Source: an uncultured Alphaproteobacteria bacterium | Lineage (GTDB): Bacteria; Pseudomonadota; Alphaproteobacteria; RF32; CAG-239 | Assembly: GCA_934248075.1 (NCBI GenBank) | Contig: CAKQKH010000003.1 | Span: forward strand, 46,710 to 110,709 | Direction of reading: 5' to 3' | Length of the DNA: 64,000 nt | Shown: piece after piece, positions 58,388-64,000 of the stretch | Layout of the letters: each line of letters opens with the position of its first letter | Position numbering within the stretch: the first letter of the stretch is position 1 | Program-made: the position numbers and the translations under genes | The notes under the pieces: model-generated | Database searches by the model: none | What the model was told of the DNA's origin: nothing | The model's input: the letters and a program-made list of their open reading frames with translations, nothing else

Positions 58388-59050
58388 TTAAAAGTAGCTT
58401 AAAACCATATCCAGATTTTTTCCATTAAGATAGGCTATCAGCTTCCAATACATCAAAATTCCCTCCCAACTGCGAGTATTAAAAGCCAACATTGATCCCA
58501 CTGCCAACAAATTAGCCGAGGGCAAAAACATCGCGCAAAACTTATAAGAAACTTTTGGTAGGTCTGTCTGCTTTTCATGAATTTGCGAACCAACCGTATC
58601 CAAATGATAACCGATAAAATACCCAAGAAATCCGTTAATAAACAAATTACTAGGCGCAAATGACGTATAAATGGAAACTGCAATCATATACACCATACCC
58701 AGTAAAGGGAAAAAATACGGAGCAATAATAATCAGCCAATTTCCCTCTCCGGCAAAAGACATTTCTCCACCCGAATCATCAGGATTCACACGGATTCCCT
58801 TCACTTTATGAAACGTAATCACCGCGAAAAAAGCGTGTGTCAGTTCATGAGCCACCACTTCCATATTGGCCTTAACCGAAGAATCCATCATCGTGCGAGC
58901 AATAAAAAACATAAAGAAACCGGCAAACAAAGCCAAATATGGCAAACTTGAAAACCTAAAATAAGACAAAGATTGAACATATGCAGGCAATGACAACAGC
59001 ATATACACTGCCACCGGCCATTTCAACATATTTATAAGTTTGTCAATCAA
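58388..59050 (-). CDS. Peptidase M50B-like membrane protein (HExxH)
   Basis: 220-aa polytopic protein. The segment VAHELTHAFFAVITFHKVKGIRVNPDDSGGEMSF resembles the M50B-like family signature as I recall it. Confidence 0.6.
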   Translation of the reverse strand: MIDKLINMLKWPVAVYMLLSLPAYVQSLSYFRFSSLPYLALFAGFFMFFIARTMMDSSVKANMEVVAHELTHAFFAVITFHKVKGIRVNPDDSGGEMSFAGEGNWLIIIAPYFFPLLGMVYMIAVSIYTSFAPSNLFINGFLGYFIGYHLDTVGSQIHEKQTDLPKVSYKFCAMFLPSANLLAVGSMLAFNTRSWEGILMYWKLIAYLNGKNLDMVLSYF

Positions 59051-59304
59051 CGCACTGCTCCTCTCAATATCTTGTTTGACTATAAACCATAAAAAACTTT
59101 TTTGCAGTCTCTATTTGTATATATTAACACTTCTTCAATTATTATTATCTATCATAGCAACATAAACCTAAAAAGTTTATCGGTCATTCTTGTTGCTTCC
59201 CCAAAAAACACTTGAGTGACCGTTTGCCAATTTCGCATTATGTTGTTGTAAAAAGATAACCGCTGTTGTATTATGGCTCCAAATTATGCTAAAGGATAAA
59301 AATC

Positions 59305-59604
59305 ATGACCGGCGAAGAATTTGACACTTACGACTTTTTAATTAACGATGAAGATGAAACGATGCTGCTTTTGTATGTTCGGGAAGGTGAGCCGCAAGAC
59401 GCCGTTATTAATGTCGATTATGACAACAAATCTGCCGTCTTATACCGAAACTCCGCTGATGTTGTTAATCTGGAAGGCATATCCGATGAAGTTCTTGACA
59501 GCCTCAGAGATGCGGACAAACTGCTCATTTGCGAGCTTAGCATTGAAGATGATGAAAAAGACACCAGCATTGTTTATGCATATGAGGCTGAAATTAACGA
59601 TTAA
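59305..59604 (+). CDS. Small acidic hypothetical protein
   Basis: 99-aa Asp/Glu-rich ORF. It has a possible promoter, TTGTAA-N17-TATTAT at 59246-59274, and a downstream terminator. No family was recognised. Confidence 0.45.
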   Translation: MTGEEFDTYDFLINDEDETMLLLYVREGEPQDAVINVDYDNKSAVLYRNSADVVNLEGISDEVLDSLRDADKLLICELSIEDDEKDTSIVYAYEAEIND

Positions 59605-59625
59605 AATCACCCTTTTAAAACACCA

Positions 59626-59660
59626 ATACCTCGGTTTTATTTTGCCGAGGTATTTCTTTA
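59626..59660 (+). terminator. Rho-independent terminator
   Basis: Stem ATACCTCGG / CCGAGGTAT is followed by TTCTTT. Confidence 0.6.
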
Positions 59661-59860
59661 TCTAGTCCTTTGCCACAAGAGATCATTGTACTCTCACAAA
59701 AGACGACTGCCGACTGCAAAGCAACAACAGCGAAATTATTCACCCTTGTCTCATTATTTGCAGCCAATTTTTTCATTGGTCAAATAATAGGCATTTAACA
59801 TAATTATTTCAAACAAGCGGCAATATAACAACTTTTAGCAAAATATCAATAGTTTTTAAT

Positions 59861-59896
59861 CAAAAAAAATCCCCACGGTCAAACCAATGGGGATTT
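59861..59896 (-). terminator. Rho-independent terminator of rplQ
   Basis: Stem AATCCCCA / TGGGGATT is followed in the minus sense by T8 (plus-strand A-run 59862-59869). Confidence 0.65.
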
Positions 59897-59915
59897 TTAC
59901 AACTAGGTCGTAAGC

Positions 59916-60374
59916 TTATTTGGCTTCACTGCTGGCAGCATCAGCCTTAGCAGCTTCGGCAGCGGCAGCTTTCTCAGCGGCTACACGAGCCAAATCTTTA
60001 GCTCCTTTGGCATTAACATCGCGGTCAACCAACTCAATGATTGCCATATCAGCGGCGTCACCATAACGGAAACCGGCTTTCAGAACGCGGGTATAACCAC
60101 CGTTACGGTCTTTATAACGCTCAGCCAAAGTAGAGAAAAGCTTAGAAACAACTTCATTATCACGCAGGAATGACAATGCCTGACGACGATTCGCCAAACC
60201 ACCTTTTTTACCCAAGGTAATCATATTATCAACAAAAGTTCTCAAAACTTTGGCTCTCTGAACCGTAACTTTAATCTGCTCATGTGTCAAAACAGCAGCG
60301 GTCAAATTAGAGAACAAAGCCTTACGAGCATTAGTGTCCATATTAAATTTACTCTGTTTCATTCCATGTCTCAT
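59916..60374 (-). CDS. rplQ: 50S ribosomal protein L17
   Basis: 152 aa containing MRHGMKQSKFNMDTNARKALFSNL...GGYTRVLKAGFRYGDAADMAIIELVD, with an Ala-rich tail. Confidence 0.93.
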   Translation of the reverse strand: MRHGMKQSKFNMDTNARKALFSNLTAAVLTHEQIKVTVQRAKVLRTFVDNMITLGKKGGLANRRQALSFLRDNEVVSKLFSTLAERYKDRNGGYTRVLKAGFRYGDAADMAIIELVDRDVNAKGAKDLARVAAEKAAAAEAAKADAASSEAK

Positions 60375-60539
60375 GACATTTTCCTTTCAATTTCTCTGTG
60401 GCCTGCACGGGCAGACCGGATCAAAACTCAAGTCTTTACTACGGACTCGGAACAACCGCACATACATAAAGACTCCACATTCGTTGGCGTTTCTAACACA
60501 CAACTTTAGTAATTGCAAGCAAAATCATTGTCTTTTAGC

Positions 60540-60577
60540 AAAAACAAAGGCCGAAAACACAAATGTTTTCAGCCTTT
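60540..60577 (-). terminator. Rho-independent terminator after the inserted 216-aa ORF
   Basis: Stem AAAGGCCGAAAACA / TGTTTTCAGCCTTT is followed in the minus sense by GTTTTT. It starts 5 nt past the stop at 60582. Confidence 0.6.
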
Positions 60578-60581
60578 ATTA

Positions 60582-61232
60582 TCACAATTTGGCTATCAGC
60601 CAAGCGCAGTCGTCCCAATCTATTTGCGAAACGCGCTGTCTGTCATGAGACCAAGCCGGATAGCTTACACGCCCTTCATCAAATGGCGTTGCCATCAAAA
60701 ACATGTCCGCAATTTCCAAATCCGGAACCTTAGCCTCAGCCATCATAGCAGAAAGATCAACCCAACACTTTTCAACGACTCTGAAGTCATCGTGTGAGAG
60801 CAACTGCAGATTCGCTTCCAAAGCACGAATTTCAATCTCAAATGCTTCTTCCACTTCTCCGGCGACTCCGGCAATAATCAAACTGTCAGAAACAGCAAAA
60901 CCCCGTAATTTGCCGTTGTTTTCCAACACAAATTTTGGCGCATCACCATCTTTCATCTGCTCGGCAACGATTCTCTTAACTTCTTCATTTGCCGCTTTGT
61001 TCGCAACTCGGATAACTCTGCTCTCATCATTAGGCTTGAACTTTGGCTGTTCAATCCGACACATACGCCTATACAGCAACTCGGACACTTCCTTATCATG
61101 TTCATCAGAGACATAATCCTCGCGCGGACTAAAGGCCAGATAGATTCTCTTTGCCCTCGGCCATGACATTTCATCAATAATTTTGCTTAACTCCGCTATC
61201 GGCAGATCAAGCTTTTGCAAAAATCTTTTCAT
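60582..61232 (-). CDS. Hypothetical acidic protein inserted between rpoA and rplQ
   Basis: 216-aa ORF starting at an ATG, with no signal peptide or TM helix. I recognise no motif. Confidence 0.6.
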   Translation of the reverse strand: MKRFLQKLDLPIAELSKIIDEMSWPRAKRIYLAFSPREDYVSDEHDKEVSELLYRRMCRIEQPKFKPNDESRVIRVANKAANEEVKRIVAEQMKDGDAPKFVLENNGKLRGFAVSDSLIIAGVAGEVEEAFEIEIRALEANLQLLSHDDFRVVEKCWVDLSAMMAEAKVPDLEIADMFLMATPFDEGRVSYPAWSHDRQRVSQIDWDDCAWLIAKL

Positions 61233-61320
61233 AATTTGTTTTTAATTAATAGTGTAAAAAGCAATACCACTTTTTTGTCAATTTGCAACAAAAAACTTAC
61301 CGACAGATCACAAAAAAAAC

Positions 61321-61355
61321 GGACAGCCTTTCGACTATCCGTTTTCCAAATCCGA
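61321..61355 (-). terminator. Rho-independent terminator after rpoA
   Basis: Stem AAAACGGACA / TATCCGTTTT (one mismatch) is followed in the minus sense by T8 (plus-strand A-run 61322-61329). Confidence 0.6.
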
Positions 61356-61384
61356 CTGCACCTCTTGGTGCTTCATCAATTTTT

Positions 61385-62395
61385 CTAGAAATGCTCGTCG
61401 CAGCGACGAATCAATTCTTCAATGTTCTCTGGCGGCCAGCCCGGAGTATCCATACCTAAATGGATGCCCATCTTAGCCAAAACTTCTTTGATTTCATTCA
61501 AAGACTTACGGCCAAAGTTCGGAGTGCGCAGCATTTCAGCCTCTGTTTTCTGAACCAGATCGCCAATATAAACGATGTTATCGTTCTTCAAGCAGTTAGC
61601 TGAACGAACAGAAAGTTCAAGCTCTTCAACCTTTTTAAGCAAGTTACGGTTGAACGGCAGTTCTTCCTTCTCAACTTCGACTTCAGCTTCCGGCTCATCA
61701 AAGTTGATAAACGGTTTGAGCTGTTCCTGCAAAATACGAGCCGCAAAAGCCACCGCATCTTCCGGAATAACCACACCGTTAGTTTCAACAATCATGGTCA
61801 GCTTGTCGTAGTCGGTAGCCTGTCCAACACGGGTATTTTCAACCTTGTAAGATACTTTGCGAACCGGAGAATAGATTGCGTCAACGGCAATCAATCCTAT
61901 CGGAGCATCGGCCGGTTTGTTCATTGCTGCCGGAACATAGCCTTTACCGGTTCCAACAGTCATTTCCATATTAATTTTGGCTCCTGCATCTAAGGTGCAA
62001 ATAACCAAATCCGGGTTCATAATTTCAACATCATGACCATGTTCAATCATCGCCGCGGTAACCTCGCACGGTCCCTCAGCTTTCAAGGTCATAATTTTCT
62101 GACCGTCGCTATGAAGAGCGACTGCCAAACATTTAACATTCAGAACGATGTCGGTAACATCTTCTCTAACACCGGGGACAACTGAAAATTCGTGCAAAAC
62201 ACCATCAATTTTAATGCTGGTGACAGCACCGCCTTGCAAAGAGGAGAGCAAAACTCTTCTCAAAGCATTACCCAAGGTTAAGCCAAAGCCTCTTTCCAAA
62301 GGCTCTACGACGATTTTGGCCTTGTTTTGCCCCTCGAGGGGAGTAACTTCCAAATTAGTCGGTTTAATAAGTTCTTGCCAATTCTTTTGAATCAC
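61385..62395 (-). CDS. rpoA: DNA-directed RNA polymerase subunit alpha
   Basis: 336 aa containing [42 protein letters not shown], with a C-terminal domain containing [23 protein letters not shown]. Confidence 0.97.
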   Translation of the reverse strand: MIQKNWQELIKPTNLEVTPLEGQNKAKIVVEPLERGFGLTLGNALRRVLLSSLQGGAVTSIKIDGVLHEFSVVPGVREDVTDIVLNVKCLAVALHSDGQKIMTLKAEGPCEVTAAMIEHGHDVEIMNPDLVICTLDAGAKINMEMTVGTGKGYVPAAMNKPADAPIGLIAVDAIYSPVRKVSYKVENTRVGQATDYDKLTMIVETNGVVIPEDAVAFAARILQEQLKPFINFDEPEAEVEVEKEELPFNRNLLKKVEELELSVRSANCLKNDNIVYIGDLVQKTEAEMLRTPNFGRKSLNEIKEVLAKMGIHLGMDTPGWPPENIEELIRRCDEHF

Positions 62396-62490
62396 TGGGG
62401 TGTCCTCTTTATTACTGCATATGCAAAGTTCAGAAAAAATCAGACAGCGATGAGGCCTTTAACAGCCTCATCACTCTGAAAACCAAAAAA

Positions 62491-62883
62491 TTAGACGCGA
62501 CGTCTTTTTCTCAAACGACAGCCATTATGAGGAATAGGAGTAACATCACGAATAGTTGTGATAGTAAATCCTAAAACTTGCAAAGCTCTGATCGCAGACT
62601 CTCTGCCAGAACCCGGACCCTTAACTTCAACCTCTAAAGTTTTCATACCATGCTCCTGAGCCTTTTTGCCAGCATCTTCAGCGGCAACCTGAGCGGCATA
62701 AGGAGTAGATTTACGAGAACCCTTAAAACCCTGTGCGCCAGAAGTTGACCAAGCAACGGTGTTGCCCTGGGCATCAGTAATGGTTACTCTTGTATTGTTA
62801 AAAGTAGAATCAATATGTGCGACACCTGCCGTAATATTTTTCTTTTCTTTCTTTTTAACACGTTGTGTTACTGCTTTTGCCAT
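62491..62883 (-). CDS. rpsK: 30S ribosomal protein S11
   Basis: 130 aa containing [22 protein letters not shown]...[14 protein letters not shown]...[13 protein letters not shown]. Confidence 0.95.
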   Translation of the reverse strand: MAKAVTQRVKKKEKKNITAGVAHIDSTFNNTRVTITDAQGNTVAWSTSGAQGFKGSRKSTPYAAQVAAEDAGKKAQEHGMKTLEVEVKGPGSGRESAIRALQVLGFTITTIRDVTPIPHNGCRLRKRRRV

Positions 62884-62896
62884 TTAACAACCTACC

Positions 62897-63265
62897 TTAT
62901 TTCTTCTTATTAGCCACAGTCTTGCGCTTACCTTTGCGGGTACGAGCATTTTGTTTTGTACTCTGACCACGAACCGGCAAACCTTTACGATGACGCAGGC
63001 CGCGGTAGCAACCCAAGTCCATCAATCTTTTAATATTAACACCGATTTCACGACGCAGTTCACCCTCAACCACAACATCATGGTCAATGACATCACGGAT
63101 TTTGGCAACTTCCTCATCGCTCAGTTCATGAACGCGGCGGTCGGCAGAAACACCGGATTTTGCGCAAATGTCTTGAGCAGTTTTTCTTCCGATACCATAA
63201 ATATAAGTCAGAGCGACTTCAATCTTTTTGGCAGTCGGGATATTTACACCAGCTATACGAGCCAA
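62897..63265 (-). CDS. rpsM: 30S ribosomal protein S13
   Basis: 122 aa containing [30 protein letters not shown]...[26 protein letters not shown]. Confidence 0.95.
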   Translation of the reverse strand: MARIAGVNIPTAKKIEVALTYIYGIGRKTAQDICAKSGVSADRRVHELSDEEVAKIRDVIDHDVVVEGELRREIGVNIKRLMDLGCYRGLRHRKGLPVRGQSTKQNARTRKGKRKTVANKKK

Positions 63266-63424
63266 ATTAACTCTCCATTATCTAGATATTGTTATTACAT
63301 TTAAAAAGTTGATCACCACTTTTCAAAATTAAGCCGGATTATAGGCTAAATTTTGTATGTGTCAACAAAGATTTACCAATTTTTTGAAAAAACTTCATTT
63401 TTCGCAAAATTGCATCAGTCTAAT

Positions 63425-64000
63425 TTATTTGAGTCCCAAAACATCATCAATTTTTGCCGCAACCGCCGCTATTGATCCGGTTCCGTCAACCGTGCGCAAC
63501 AAACCTTCCTTCTCAAAATACGGAATAGTCGGATAAGTAAGCGCCCGATAATTAACGAGTCGATTCTGCACTGTGGCTCGGTTATCGTCGATTCGCCGAT
63601 AAAACTCCGTTCCGCCGCAGACATCGCAAACACCATAAACTTTGGGCTTCTGAAATTTATCATGATACCCTTGGCCACACTTCATGCAAGCATAGCGTCC
63701 CAAAATACGCTCCATAATAATCTCGTCAGGAACCTGAATCTCAATCACGGCATTAAGTTTTATTCCTTTTTCATCAAGCATTTTTTCCAACGCTTCGGCT
63801 TGCGGCAACGTGCGCGGAAAACCGTCTAGAATAAAACCGTTTTTGCAATCGTCCTCATCGATTCGTTTTGACACCATATTGATAATCATTTCATCGGTGG
63901 CAAATCCGCCCTTATCCAGTACTTCTTTCAGAGCCAGCCCTTCCGGAGTTTTTTTAGCAGCTTCTGCTCGCAACATTTCTCCGGTTGACAAATGGCAAAT
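63425..64000 (-). CDS. adk: Adenylate kinase, N-terminus outside the window
   Basis: The reading frame runs to the window edge (..LSTGEMLRAEA...GFILDGFPRTLPQAEAL). The lid has a 4-Cys zinc knuckle (CMKCGQGYH...CDVCGG). It sits upstream of rpsM as in the spc/alpha operon junction. Confidence 0.93.
   Translation of the reverse strand: MCHLSTGEMLRAEAAKKTPEGLALKEVLDKGGFATDEMIINMVSKRIDEDDCKNGFILDGFPRTLPQAEALEKMLDEKGIKLNAVIEIQVPDEIIMERILGRYACMKCGQGYHDKFQKPKVYGVCDVCGGTEFYRRIDDNRATVQNRLVNYRALTYPTIPYFEKEGLLRTVDGTGSIAAVAAKIDDVLGLK

Overview
This is a densely coded 64-kb bacterial chromosomal segment with about 58 supported CDS. I recognised no rRNA, tRNA, CRISPR array, transposase or integrase. Most genes are housekeeping: groES-groEL (groEL runs off the left edge), htpG, typA, murJ, mutS, rplM-rpsI, ychF-pth-rplY, pnp-rpsO-truB-rbfA, gmk-yicC, a membrane H+-pyrophosphatase, and adk-rpsM-rpsK-rpoA...rplQ (adk runs off the right edge). 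Gene content and order look like a small-genome, probably host-associated alphaproteobacterium; that is inference only, with no search run. The accessory content is the more interesting part. (1) A 952-aa protein carries two tandem Ulp1/SENP-like (clan CE) cysteine-peptidase modules and a basic coiled-coil tail, making it a candidate eukaryote-directed effector. (2) Also present are an orphan TrbL/VirB6-like membrane protein, a Sel1-repeat protein, and three uncharacterised HExxH proteins. (3) A 216-aa orphan ORF with its own terminators is inserted between rpoA and rplQ. (4) Two families of structured intergenic repeats share a GTAC-stem/A-rich-loop core. One forms the whole 5' leader of two unrelated genes and contains duplicated SD-plus-4-codon mini-ORFs. 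The other forms long hairpin terminators after pnp and hppA, with a compensatory base-pair change between copies. (5) A hexamer/18-mer microsatellite that is open in four frames, plus a 24-bp tandem array, lie upstream of an orphan prepilin peptidase. (6) A NaChBac-type voltage-gated channel has an atypical TLDGWAS filter. All functional calls come from reading motifs by eye and from memory of protein families. No database search, alignment score or folding energy was computed.
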